From assembly GCA_964016885.1 (NCBI GenBank), contig OZ024741.1, positions 9,920,001-9,984,000 on the forward strand: 64,000 nucleotides of DNA, given 5' to 3'. The stretch is from Eledone cirrhosa (lineage: Eukaryota). A program made the position numbers and the translations under genes. The notes under the pieces were generated by a model, which was not told where the DNA came from, made no database searches, and saw nothing but the letters and a program-made list of their open reading frames with translations. This document shows, one piece after another, positions 39,401-52,520 of the stretch; within the stretch, counting starts at the first letter, position 1; the number at the start of each line of letters is the position of its first letter.

Positions 39401-42400
39401 AGTTATTATCACCCTTTCCCTCTTATCATTTACATTGGACAGTTATTATCACCCTTTCCCTCTTGTCATTTACATTGGACAGTTATTATCACCCTTTCCC
39501 TCTTGTCATTTACATTGGACAGTTATTATCACCCTTTCCCTCTTATCATTTACATTGGACAGTTATTATCACCCTTTCCCTCTTGTCATTTACATTGGCC
39601 AGTTATTATCACCCTTTCCCTCTTGTCATTTACATTGGACAGTTATTAACACCCTTTCCCTCTTGTCATTTACATTGGACAGTTATTATCACATTTCCCT
39701 CTTGTCATTTACATTGGACAGTTATTATCACCCTTTCCCTCTTGTCATTTACATTGGACAGTTATTATCACCCTTTCCCTCTTGTCATTTACATTGGACA
39801 GTTATTATCACCCTTTCCCTCTTCTCATTTACATTGGACAGTTATTATCACCCTTTCCCTCTTGTCATTTACATTGGACAGTTATTATCACCCTTTCCCT
39901 CTTGTCATTTACATTGGACAGTTATTATCACATTTCCCTCTTGTCATTTACATTGGACAGTTATTATCACCCTTTCCCTCTTGTCATTTACATTGGACAG
40001 TTATTATCACCCTTTCCCTCTTATCATTTACATTGGACAGTTATTATCACCCTTTCCCTCTTGTCATTTACATTGGCCAGTTATTATCACCCTTTCCCTC
40101 TTGTCATTTACATTGGACAGTTATTAACACCCTTTCCCTCTTGTCATTTACATTGGACAGTTATTATCACATTTCCCTCTTGTCATTTACATTGGACAGT
40201 TATTATCACCCTTTCCCTCTTGTCATTTACATTGGACAGTTATTATCACCCTTTCCCTCTTGTCATTTACATTGGACAGTTATTATCACCCTTTCCCTCT
40301 TCTCATTTACATTGGACAGTTATTATCACCCTTTCCCTCTTGTCATTTACATTGGACAGTTATTATCACCCTTTCCCTCTTGTCATTGACATTGGACAGT
40401 TATTATCACATTTCCCTCTTGTCATTTACATTGGACAGTTATTATCACCCTTTCCCTCTTGTCATTTACATTGGACAGTTATTATCACATTTCCCTCTTG
40501 TCATTTACGTTGGATAGTTATTATCACGTTTCCATCTTGTCATTTACATTGGACAGTTATTATCACAATTTCCTCTTGTCATTTACATTGGACAGTTATT
40601 ATCACCCTTTCCCTCTTGTCATTTACATTGGACAGTTATTATCACCATTTCCCTCTTATTATTTACATTGGACAGTTATTATCACCCTTTCCCTCTTGTC
40701 ATTTACATTGGACAGTTATTATCACCCTTTCCCTCTTGTCATTTACATTGGACAGTTATTATCACCCTTTCCCTCTTGTCATTTACATTGGACAGTTATT
40801 ATCACCCTTTCCCTCTTGTCATTTACATTGGACAGTTATTATAACCCTTTCCCTCTTGTCATTTACATTGGACAGTTATTATCACCCTTTCCCTCTTGTC
40901 ATTTACATTGGACAGTTATTATCACCCTTTCCCTCTTGTCATTTACATTGGACAGTTATTATCACCCTTTCCCTCTTGTCATTTACATTGGACAGTTATT
41001 ATCACATTTCCCTCTTGTCATTTACATTGGACAGTTATTATCACCCTTTCCCTCTTGTCATTTACATTGGACAGTTATTATCACCCTTTCCTTCTTCTCA
41101 TTTACATTGGACAGTTATTATCACCCTTTCTCTCTTGTCATTTACATTGGACAGTTATTATCACCCTTTCCCTCTTATTATTTACATTGGACAGTTATTA
41201 TCACCCTTTCCCTCTTGTCATTTACATTGGACAGTTATTATCACCCTTTCCCTCTTGTCATTTACATTGGACAGTTATTATCACCCTTTCCCTCTTGTCA
41301 TTTACATTGGACAGTTATTATCACCCTTTCCCTCTTGTCATTTACATTGGACAGTTATTATCACCCTTTCCCTCTTGTCATTTACATTGGACAGTTATTA
41401 TCACATTTCCCTCTTGTCATTTACATTGGACAGTTATTATCACCCTTTCCCTCTTGTCATTTACATTGGACAGTTATTATCACCCTTTCCCTCTTCTCAT
41501 TTACATTGGACAGTTATTATCACCCTTTCTCTCTTGTCATTTACATTGGACAGTTATTATCACCCTTTCCCTCTTATTATTTACATTGGACAGTTATTAT
41601 CACCCTTTCCCTCTTGTCATTTACATTGGACAGTTATTATCACCCTTTCCCTCTTGTCATTTACATTGGACAGTTATTATCACCCTTTCCCTCTTGTCAT
41701 TTACATTGGACAGTTATTATCACCCTTTCCCTCTTGTCATTTACATTGGACAGTTATTATCACCCTTTCCCTCTTGTCATTTACATTGGACAGTTATTAT
41801 CACCCTTTCCCTCTTATCATTTACATTGGACAGTTATTATCACCCTTTCCCTCTTATTATTTACATTGGACAGTTATTATCACCCTTTCCCTCTTGTCAT
41901 TTACATTGGACAGTTATTATCACCCTTTCCCTCTTGTCATTTACATTGGACAGTTATTATCACCCTTTCCCTCTTGTCATTTACATTGGACAGTTATTAT
42001 TACCCTTTCCCTCTTCTCATTTACATTGGACAGTTATTATCACCCTTTCCCTCTTGTCATTTACATTGGACAGTTATTATCACCCTTTCCCTCTTGTCAT
42101 TTACATTGGACAGTTATTATCACATTTCCCTCTTGTCATTTACATTGGACAGTTATTATCACCCTTTCCCTCTTGTCATTTACATTGGACAGTTATTATC
42201 ACATTTCCCTCTTGTCATTTACATTGGACAGTTATTATCACCCTTTCCCTCTTGTCATTTACATTGGACAGTTATTATCACCCTTTCCCTCTTGTCATTT
42301 ACATTGGACAGTTATTATTACCCTTTCCCTCTTCTCATTTACATTGGACAGTTATTATCACCCTTTCCCTCTTGTCATTTACATTGGACAGTTATTATCA

Positions 42401-45400
42401 CCCTTTCCCTCTTGTCATTTACATTGGACAGTTATTATCACATTTCCCTCTTGTCATTTACATTGGACAGTTATTATCACCCTTTCCCTCTTGTCATTTA
42501 CATTGGACAGTTATTATCACATTTCCCTCTTGTCATTTACATTGGACAGTTATCATCACCATTTCCCTCTTGTCATTTACATTGGACAGTTATTATCACC
42601 CTTTCCCTCTTATCATTTACATTGGACAGTTATTATCACCCTTTCCCTCTTGTCATTTACATTGGACAGTTATTATCACCCTTTCCCTCTTGTCATTTAC
42701 ATTGGACAGTTATTATCACCCTTTCCCTCTTATCATTTACATTGGACAGTTATTATCACCCTTTCCCTCTTGTCATTTACATTGGCCAGTTATTATCACC
42801 CTTTCCCTCTTGTCATTTACATTGGACAGTTATTAACACCCTTTCCCTCTTGTCATTTACATTGGACAGTTATTATCACATTTCCCTCTTGTCATTTACA
42901 TTGGACAGTTATTATCACCCTTTCCCTCTTGTCATTTACATTGGACAGTTATTATCACCCTTTCCCTCTTGTCATTTACATTGGACAGTTATTATCACCC
43001 TTTCCCTCTTCTCATTTACATTGGACAGTTATTATCACCCTTTCCCTCTTGTCATTTACATTGGACAGTTATTATCACCCTTTCCCTCTTGTCATTTACA
43101 TTGGACAGTTATTATCACATTTCCCTCTTGTCATTTACATTGGACAGTTATTATCACCCTTTCCCTCTTGTCATTTACATTGGACAGTTATTATCACCCT
43201 TTCCCTCTTATCATTTACATTGGACAGTTATTATCACCCTTTCCCTCTTGTCATTTACATTGGCCAGTTATTATCACCCTTTCCCTCTTGTCATTTACAT
43301 TGGACAGTTATTAACACCCTTTCCCTCTTGTCATTTACATTGGACAGTTATTATCACATTTCCCTCTTGTCATTTACATTGGACAGTTATTATCACCCTT
43401 TCCCTCTTGTCATTTACATTGGACAGTTATTATCACCCTTTCCCTCTTGTCATTTACATTGGACAGTTATTATCACCCTTTCCCTCTTCTCATTTACATT
43501 GGACAGTTATTATCACCCTTTCCCTCTTGTCATTTACATTGGACAGTTATTATCACCCTTTCCCTCTTGTCATTGACATTGGACAGTTATTATCACATTT
43601 CCCTCTTGTCATTTACATTGGACAGTTATTATCACCCTTTCCCTCTTGTCATTTACATTGGACAGTTATTATCACATTTCCCTCTTGTCATTTACGTTGG
43701 ACAGTTATTATCACGTTTCCATCTTGTCATTTACATTGGACAGTTATTATCACAATTTCCTCTTGTCATTTACATTGGACAGTTATTATCACCCTTTCCC
43801 TCTTGTCATTTACATTGGACAGTTATTATCACCATTTCCCTCTTGTCATTTACATTGGACAGTTATTATCACCCTTTCCCTCTTATCATTTACATTGGAC
43901 AGTTATTATCACCCTTTCCCTCTTGTCATTTACATTGGACAGTTATTATCACCCTTTCCCTCTTGTCATTTACATTGGACAGTTATTATCACCCTTTCCC
44001 TCTTGTCATTTACATTGGACAGTTATTATCACCCTTTCCCTCTTGTCATTTACATTGGACAGTTATTATCACATTTCCCTCTTGTCATTTACATTGGACA
44101 GTTATTATCACCCTTTCCCTCTTGTCATTTACATTGGACAGTTATTATCACCCTTTCCTTCTTCTCATTTACATTGGACAGTTATTATCACCCTTTCTCT
44201 CTTGTCATTTACATTGGACAGTTATTATCACCCTTTCCCTCTTATTATTTACATTGGACAGTTATTATCACCCTTTCCCTCTTGTCATTTACATTGGACA
44301 GTTATTATCACCCTTTCCCTCTTGTCATTTACATTGGACAGTTATTATCACCCTTTCCCTCTTGTCATTTACATTGGACAGTTATTATCACCCTTTCCCT
44401 CTTGTCATTTACATTGGACAGTTATTATCACCCTTTCCCTCTTGTCATTTACATTGGACAGTTATTATCACATTTCCCTCTTGTCATTTACATTGGACAG
44501 TTATTATCACCCTTTCCCTCTTGTCATTTACATTGGACAGTTATTATCACCCTTTCCCTCTTCTCATTTACATTGGACAGTTATTATCACCCTTTCTCTC
44601 TTGTCATTTACATTGGACAGTTATTATCACCCTTTCCCTCTTATTATTTACATTGGACAGTTATTATCACCCTTTCCCTCTTGTCATTTACATTGGACAG
44701 TTATTATCACCCTTTCCCTCTTGTCATTTACATTGGACAGTTATTATCACCCTTTCCCTCTTGTCATTTACATTGGACAGTTATTATCACCCTTTCCCTC
44801 TTGTCATTTACATTGGACAGTTATTATCACCCTTTCCCTCTTGTCATTTACATTGGACAGTTATTATCACCCTTTCCCTCTTATCATTTACATTGGACAG
44901 TTATTATCACCCTTTCCCTCTTATTATTTACATTGGACAGTTATTATCACCCTTTCCCTCTTGTCATTTACATTGGACAGTTATTATCACCCTTTCCCTC
45001 TTGTCATTTACATTGGACAGTTATTATCACATTTCCCTCTTGTCATTTACATTGGACAGTTATTATCACATTTCCCTCTTGTCATTTACATTGGACAGTT
45101 ATTATCACGTTTCCATCTTGTCATTTACATTGGACAGTTATTATCACATTTTCCTCTTGTCATTTACATTGGACAGTTATTATCACCCTTTCCCTCTTCT
45201 CATTTACATTGGACAGTTATTATCACCCTTTCCCTCTTGTCATTTACATTGGACAGTTATTATCACCCTTTCCCTCTTGTCATTTACATTGGACAGTTAT
45301 TATCACATTTCCCTCTTGTCATTTACATTGGACAGTTATTATCACCCTTTCCTTCTTGTCATTTACATTGGACAGTTATTATCACATTTCCCTCTTGTCA

Positions 45401-48400
45401 TTTACATTGGACAGTTATTATCACGTTTCCATCTTGTCATTTACATTGGACAGTTATTATCACATTTTCCTCTTGTCATTTACATTGGACAGTTATTATC
45501 ACCCTTGCCCTCTTGTCATTTACATTGGACAGTTATTATCACCATTTCCCTCTTGTCATTTACATTGGACAGTTATTATCACCCTTTCCCTCTTATCATT
45601 TACATTGGACAGTTATTATCACCCTTTCCCTCTTGTCATTTACATTGGACAGTTATTATCACCCTTTCCCTCTTGTCATTTACATTGGACAGTTATCATC
45701 ACCCTTTCCGTCTTATCATTTACATTGGACAGTTATTATCACCCTTTCCCTCTTGTCATTTACATAGGCCAGTTATTATCACCCTTTCCCTCTTGTCATT
45801 TACATTGGACAGTTATTATCACATTTCCCTCTTGTCATTTACATTGGACAGTTATTATCACCCTTTCCCTCTTGTCATTTACATTGGACAGTTATTATCA
45901 CCCTTTCCCTCTTGTCATTTACATTGGACAGTTATTATCACCCTTTCCCTCTTCTCATTTACATTGGACAGTTATTATCACCCTTTCCCTCTTGTCATTT
46001 ACATTGGACTGTTATTATCACCCTTTCCCTCTTGTCATTTACATTGGACAGTTATTATCACCCTTTCCCTCTTATCATTTACATTGGACAGTTATTATCA
46101 CATTTCCCTCTTGTCATTTACATTGGACAGTTATTATCACGTTTCCATCTTGTCATTTACATTGGACAGTTATTATCACATTTTCCTCTTGTCATTTACA
46201 TTGGACAGTTATTATCACCCTTTCCCTCTTCTCATTTACATTGGACAGTTATTATCACCCTTTCCCTCTTGTCATTTACATTGGACAGTTATTATCACCC
46301 TTTCCCTCTTGTCATTTACATTGGACAGTTATTATCACATTTCCCTCTTGTCATTTACATTGGACAGTTATTATCACCCTTTCCTTCTTGTCATTTACAT
46401 TGGACAGTTATTATCACATTTCCCTCTTGTCATTTACATTGGACAGTTATTATCACATTTCCCTCTTGTCATTTACATTGGACAGTTATTATCACGTTTC
46501 CATCTTGTCATTTACATTGGACAGTTATTATCACATTTTCCTCTTGTCATTTACATTGGACAGTTATTATCACCCTTTCCCTCTTGTCATTTACATTGGA
46601 CAGTTATTATCACCATTTCCCTCTTGTCATTTACATTGGACAGTTATTATCACCCTTTCCCTCTTATCATTTACATTGGACAGTTATTATCACCCTTTCC
46701 CTCTTGTCATTTACATTGGACAGTTATTATCACCCTTTCCCTCTTGTCATTTACATTGGACAGTTATCATCACCCTTTCCCTCTTATCATTTACATTGGA
46801 CAGTTATTATCACCCTTTCCCTCTTGTCATTTACATTGGCCAGTTATTATCACCCTTTCCCTCTTGTCATTTACATTGGACAGTTATTATCACATTTCCC
46901 TCTTGTCATTTACATTGGACAGTTATTATCACCCTTTCCCTCTTGTCATTTACATTGGACAGTTATTATCACCCTTTCCCTCTTGTCATTTACATTGGAC
47001 AGTTATTATCACCCTTTCCCTCTTCTCATTTACATTGGACAGTTATTATCACCCTTTCCCTTATGTCATTTACATTGGACAGTTATTATCACCCTTTCCC
47101 TCTTGTCATTTACATTGGACAGTTATTATCACATTTCCCTCTTGTCATTTACATTGGACAGTTATTATCACCCTTTCCCTCTTGTCATTTACATTGGACA
47201 GTTATTATCACATTTCCCTCTTGTCATTTACATTGGACAGTTATTATCACATTTCCCTCTTGTCATTTACATTGGACAGTTATTATCACGTTTCCATCTT
47301 GTCATTTACATTGGACAGTTATTAACACATTTTCCTCTTGTCATTTACATTGGACAGTTATTATCACCCTTTCCCTCTTGTCATTTACATTGGACAGTTA
47401 TTATCACCATTTCCCTCTTATCATTTACATTGGACAGTTATTATCACCCTTTCCCTCTTATCATTTACATTGGACAGTTATTATCACCCTTTCCCTCTTG
47501 TCATTTACATTGGACAGTTATTATCACCCTTTCCCTCTTGTCATTTACATTGGACAGTTATTATCACCCTTTCCCTCTTGTCATTTACATTGGACAGTTA
47601 TTATCACCCTTTCCCTCTTGTCATTTACATTGGACAGTTATTATCACATTTCCCTCTTGTCATTTACATTGGACAGTTATTATCACCCTTTCCCTCTTGT
47701 CATTTACATTGGACAGTTATTATCACCCTTTCCCTCTTATTATTTACATTGGACAGTTATTATCACCCTTTCCCTCTTGTCATTTACATTGGACAGTTAT
47801 TATCACCCTTTCCCTCTTGTCATTTACATTGGACAGTTATTATCACCTTTTCCCTCTTGTCATTTACATTGGACAGTTATTATCACCCTTTCCCTCTTGT
47901 CATTTACATTGGACAGTTATTATCACCCTTTCCCTCTTGTCATTTACATTGGACAGTTATTATCACCCTTTCCCTCTTATCATTTACATTGGACAGTTAT
48001 TATCACCCTTTCCCTCTTATTATTTACATTGGACAGTTATTATCACCCTTTCCCTCTTGTTATTTACATTGGACAGTTATTATCACCCTTTCCCTCTTGT
48101 CATTTACATTGGACAGTTATTATCACCCTTTCCCTCTTCTCATTTACATTGGACAGTTATTATCACCCTTTCCCTCTTGTCATTTACATTGGACAGTTAT
48201 TATCACCCTTTCCTTCTTGTCATTTACATTGGACAGTTATTATCACCCTTTCCCTCTTGTCATTTACATTGGACAGTTATTATCACCCTTTCCCTCTTGT
48301 CATTTACATTGGACAGTTATTATCACCCTTTCCCTCTTATCATTTACATTGGACAGTTATTATCACCCTTTCCCTCTTGTCATTTACATTGGACAGTTAT

Positions 48401-49170
48401 TATCACCCTTTCCCTCTTGTCATTTACATTGGACAGTTATTATCACCCTTTCCCTCTTGTCATTTATATTGGACAGTTATTATCACATTTCCCTCTTGTC
48501 ATTTACATTGGACAGTTATTATCACCCTTTCCCTCTTGTCATTTACATTGGACAGTTATTATCACCCTTTCCCTCTTCTCATTTACATTGGACAGTTATT
48601 ATCACCCTTTCTCTCTTGTCATTTACATTGGACAGTTATTATCCCCCTTTCCCTCTTGTCATTTACATTGGACAGTTATTATCACCCTTTCCCTCTTGTC
48701 ATTTACATTGGACAGTTATTATCACCCTTTCCCTCTTGTCATTTACATTGGACAGTTATTATCACCCTTTCCTTCTTGTCATTTACATTGGACAGTTATT
48801 ATCACCCTTTCCCTCTTGTCATTTACATTGGACAGTTATTATCACCCTTTCCCTCTTGTCATTTACATTGGACAGTTATTATCACCCTTTCCCTCTTGTC
48901 ATTTACATTGGACAGTTATTATCACATTTCCTTCTTGTCATTTACATTTGACAGTTATTATCACATTTCCCTCTTGTCATTTACATTGGACAGTTATTAT
49001 CACCCTTTCCCTCTTGTCATTTACATTGGACAGTTATTATCACCCTTTCCCTCTTGTCATTTACATTGGACAGTTATTATCACATTTCCCTCTTGTCATT
49101 TACATTGGACAGTTATTATCACCCTTTCCCTCTTGTCATTTACATTGGACAGTTATTATCACCCTTTCCT
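30464..49170. repeat. 40-bp satellite array, roughly 470 units, 18.7 kb
   Basis: Unit ACCCTTTCCCTCTTGTCATTTACATTGGACAGTTATTATC, with frequent 39-bp variants (ACATTTCCC, ACGTTTCCAT, ACATTTTCC). Both boundaries lie inside the window. Confidence 0.99.
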
Positions 49171-49568
49171 TCAATAAACGGTTCAATTCGTTTAGATTAA
49201 AAAAAAAAATTAAATAGTTTTAAAAAGCCCACAAATATCTCAATAATACTGGTGTCCCATCCTTTGCTGTAAACAATGATTAAAAATGATTTTGAATTAC
49301 TCAAGAACCTGTAAAAATTTTACATCAAAAAGATATTGTCGGCACAGGTGAACCTTCAATAACTGTAAACAGTTATTGAAAGTACAATGTACCAGCTGGT
49401 CCGCTGGTTTGACCCCAGGCGATCACTTTAAACAGTTTTAGAAAAAAATTATCAAGTCATTAAGTCTGAAAAAGAAAACCGGACATTTCATACGTAAGGA
49501 CTTAATAACATAAAAGCGACTGACAAGCTGAAGGATTTAACGGCTTGGCACAACCATTGGGGTCTTAA

Positions 49569-49790
49569 CCCTTTAGCATTTAAGCCGGCCATATCCGGCC
49601 AGAATTCTCTCACATCTTTCTGTTCAAACTAGCTGTAACTGGCCACTCATACTGACATTAAGGTATTGTTCTCAAAATAAATAACATCAAAATCTTGTAG
49701 ATTCGATATTATGTGAGATAATTATGTAAGATAAAAGCCTTTACCACTAACATACCATAGTATATATAGAGTAATGTAAATGGTAAAGTG
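49569..49790. mobile_element. piggyBac-like MITE, 222 bp, with TTAA target-site duplication
   Basis: TTAA at 49565-68 and 49791-94. TIRs CCCTTTAGCATTTA and TAAATGGTAAAGTG match at 12 of 14 positions. A paralogous empty site lies at 50303-50373. Confidence 0.85.
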
Positions 49791-49843
49791 TTAATTCACT
49801 CCATGACTCTGGTACAAGTATATAATCGAGTTAATTACAACGA

Positions 49844-50301
49844 CTAGCAGAAAAACCACCCTTCTGGTGGTTTTTCTGCTAGCATGTGTAGTGTGCATAT
49901 TGATATTATACGCATGTATATATACATGTAGATATGATACATCAAATAAAATCGTAATTGACAATATACACAGAAATTGAACGAAGTCTGCATTACACTG
50001 TCTTATGTAATCAGTAACGTAATCCATGATACATTAAAAAATATATATATTATATATAAACTGAATTAGGAGAAAAATTAGTGACGGAACTAATCGGAAG
50101 TGTTGACATTTAAAAATTTTAAAGAAGTGAATCTTTAAATAAGCAATAAAATATATTTAATCAAGAGTTACGAAATTTAGTAGATAAGTTATGTAATAAT
50201 CATTCATTATTTATTCAAACTAATCCAACTTATTTTAAAAACGGGATAAAAAAAAATATTTTCTGGTCGCTGTCCCGCACTCCTTACTTTATTATAGTTG
50301 A
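49844..50301 (-). mobile_element. Probable non-autonomous Helitron
   Basis: Minus strand begins A|TCAACTATAATAAAG and ends with hairpin CCACC-AGAAG-GGTGG, 8 nt, then CTAG|T. This gives 5'-TC, 3'-CTAG, a subterminal hairpin and an A|T target. Confidence 0.6.
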
Positions 50302-50484
50302 TATTTAACGGCCTGGCACAATTAGAGGTGTCTTAATTCACTCCACGACTCTATTATAAGTATATAACCGAGTTTTTTTACAAGGATTTAATTATTGTTA
50401 ACTTATCTTTGAAGAGAAAACTTAACAGTTTTATTGGAGTTCGTTGTTTTCGACGATGAATGTTCCAGCTGCTCGATCAATTGA

Positions 50485-50545
50485 AAAGCCAGCTCATGAA
50501 ATTAAGGAGTAAGTGACTGAGTATTCCACAGACACGTGCATCCGA
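50485..50545 (+). mobile_element. Short fragment of a second interspersed repeat (SINE-like)
   Basis: CAGCTCATGAAATTAA...AAGTGACTGAGTATTCCACAGACACGTG resembles, from memory, a common octopus repeat body. There is no second copy in the window. Confidence 0.35.
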
Positions 50546-51160
50546 CGAGCTTCCAAACTGTCTCTGTCTATTCAGTGATACTCTCCCTAAGTGGACGACA
50601 CACATCGGACAGAAAAAGCCGGTTTTACCACTACGGCCTGAGTCACAATGAAAAGTTATCAACAATTGCACAAGAGAATTGAATGAGAGAAAAACTCTGT
50701 AAATAGGTTTTCTATTTAATTTGTTAAAGGGATCCAAGGTCTAGAGCGCCCAGTCCTTGGGACGAGTTTTAATATATTATCAAATACAATACTACCACGA
50801 TGACTTAACACAGAGAAACGAAAGGACACGCGTTTCGTTCAGCGAACCCAACTTATTCAACTTCAATTTGAATAAGTTAATAGTTATTGTTGAAATAGAG
50901 AGAAAATGACGCCCGAACGAGTATTTCTATGTTGTATGTGGTTTACTCTGTTTACATCGGCATCAATTATCCAAACAATCCATTTCGTTCGGATATTCGC
51001 TGTTTAATTGTATTTTGCATCACATACAAACACATTATCTAAATAAGCAAAGTTGTTCTTATATAACACATCTTTGTACATATTTGTCCCTACCTTGCTT
51101 TCTTTCTTCTATCCACGCTTGCTCTCCTTTAGTGGGTAACATCCTCTCCTTTAGTGGGTA

Positions 51161-52028
51161 ATCCAATTAGTTGTGGTGGAGAGGATTCTCCTCCACAACT
51201 AATTGGATGAATCTTTACAACAGTGGAAAGAGCTGGGTTCGTCAGTTCCCCTTACTGATGAGGATAGACGGAAGCAGAGAGTATGAGACAATCTGCGTTC
51301 GAGGGAAACTTTCAACTCTCTCTTTGATCTTTCCGATCAATTTTCTAGGAGCCGCTTCATTTCTGTTAGTGCAATGTTCTCGGGGTACTCGATTGATGCC
51401 CTGCATCTGGCCAACATTGGTGGCCTTCTCAGCCAGGACAAACTCCGCATCTCCAGTGCACTTCGAGTGGGAGCCTACGTCTGTGGGGGGTCTGAGATGC
51501 CGCTGTGGTAGGTCCTTCGACTCCACAAATCTACGTGGTTTTTCCTTCCTCCTGAATGTTGGTCGTTTCACCCACCACACCGAGTTAAACTTGATAATCA
51601 AATGGACCCTGGCTCGGGTGCCAGCTGGTTATTCCAGAAGTGATGGGAAAATATCAGACAGTCTTACTCTTTGTCCCTGGGTAAGAGGTAGGTGTCTCAT
51701 CGGGGACGTTACAGTCAGTGGTTATTTGGCTCCCTCCCACATAATGATGCCGCGGTAAATGTGGGGAGTCAATGCTTCCGTTGCCGAACGGAAGAAAATT
51801 CAAAAATACCTGGAATAATCTAATCATTATTTTTTCCAGCCTGTGGCGTACGAGACGTTTGGTGGATTTGGGCTGCTGACAGCGAAGTTCTTGTCATCAC
51901 TGGCGGCTCGCCTTATTGAGGTGTCAGGTGATACCCATGAGGGTACCTGCTTATTTCAGCGCCATAGCCTCGCCATCACACGTGGTAATGCTGCGAACGT
52001 GTTGGCTTGCCTCAAAGTGTTTAGTTAA
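51161..52028 (+). mobile_element. 5'-truncated CRE-clade non-LTR retrotransposon, Zn-knuckle and restriction-like endonuclease region, frameshifted
   Basis: Across frameshifts: ...RKQRV*D..., LANIGGLLSQDKLRISSALRVGAYVC, LRCRCG, RFTHHTELNLIIKWTL, YSRSDGKISDSLTLCPWVRGRCLIGDVTV (decayed RSDGKRPDG...PW..G...WDVT), AERKKIQKY, PVAYETFGGFG, LFQRHSLAITRGNAANVL. Confidence 0.88.
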
Positions 52029-52295
52029 CCCCTAAGATAAGGTTCAGCCGATTGTCGCACTTTGTGATGATTCCGCCCCCCTTTTGTTTTCCTTAACAAT
52101 AATTGTTCAATGAGTTATATAAATGCCATGTTTATATTATCTAAATTATTTATTTGAAACATCTAGCTTAAACTACTAAATACACAACAATCTAAGATAT
52201 AGTAAGCTGAAGAAATAAGGAAATAAAAGACAGGAATTTAATGTAAATATAAATTTACCTTAAACGAAAAAAAGGACCCAGTTATTTTGTACGGC

Positions 52296-52465
52296 TCTTC
52301 TTCTTATTATTCCTTACAGGAGCGTGGGGGCAGAGTCCTCAAACACTCCTTCTAGCGGGTCCTGTTAAAAGCAACTGTCTTCAACTGATCCGGCTGGATC
52401 CTCAAGAGAGACCAACCAGTCTCATGGATATTATCCGACCCTCCTGAGGGGGGGGGGGTCTACCA
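52296..52465 (-). mobile_element. RTE LINE 3' end fragment
   Basis: CAGAGTCCTCAAACACTCCTTC...CGGCTGGATC...CTCATGGATATTATCC is homologous to 21270-21358. A CTTCTTCTTATTATT tail lies at 52296. Confidence 0.8.
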
Positions 52466-52520
52466 CAGGGTCTACCACAGGGTCTACCACAGGGTCTACC
52501 ACAGGGTCTACCACAGGGTC
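52456..52520. repeat. 12-bp tandem repeat, about 5.4 copies
   Basis: GGGTCTACCACA repeated exactly. Confidence 0.95.

Noticed and set aside
30334-49217. Overlapping ORFs up to 1871 aa in all three + frames
   Set aside because: The 40-mer has no TAA, TAG or TGA on the + strand and its length is not a multiple of 3, so all frames stay open and cycle through the same peptide. Frequent 39-bp units show no frame constraint.
51255-51312. Hammerhead suggested by CTGATGA...GAAAC
   Set aside because: No stem II closure, stem III or stem I pairing is found, and it lies inside CRE coding sequence.
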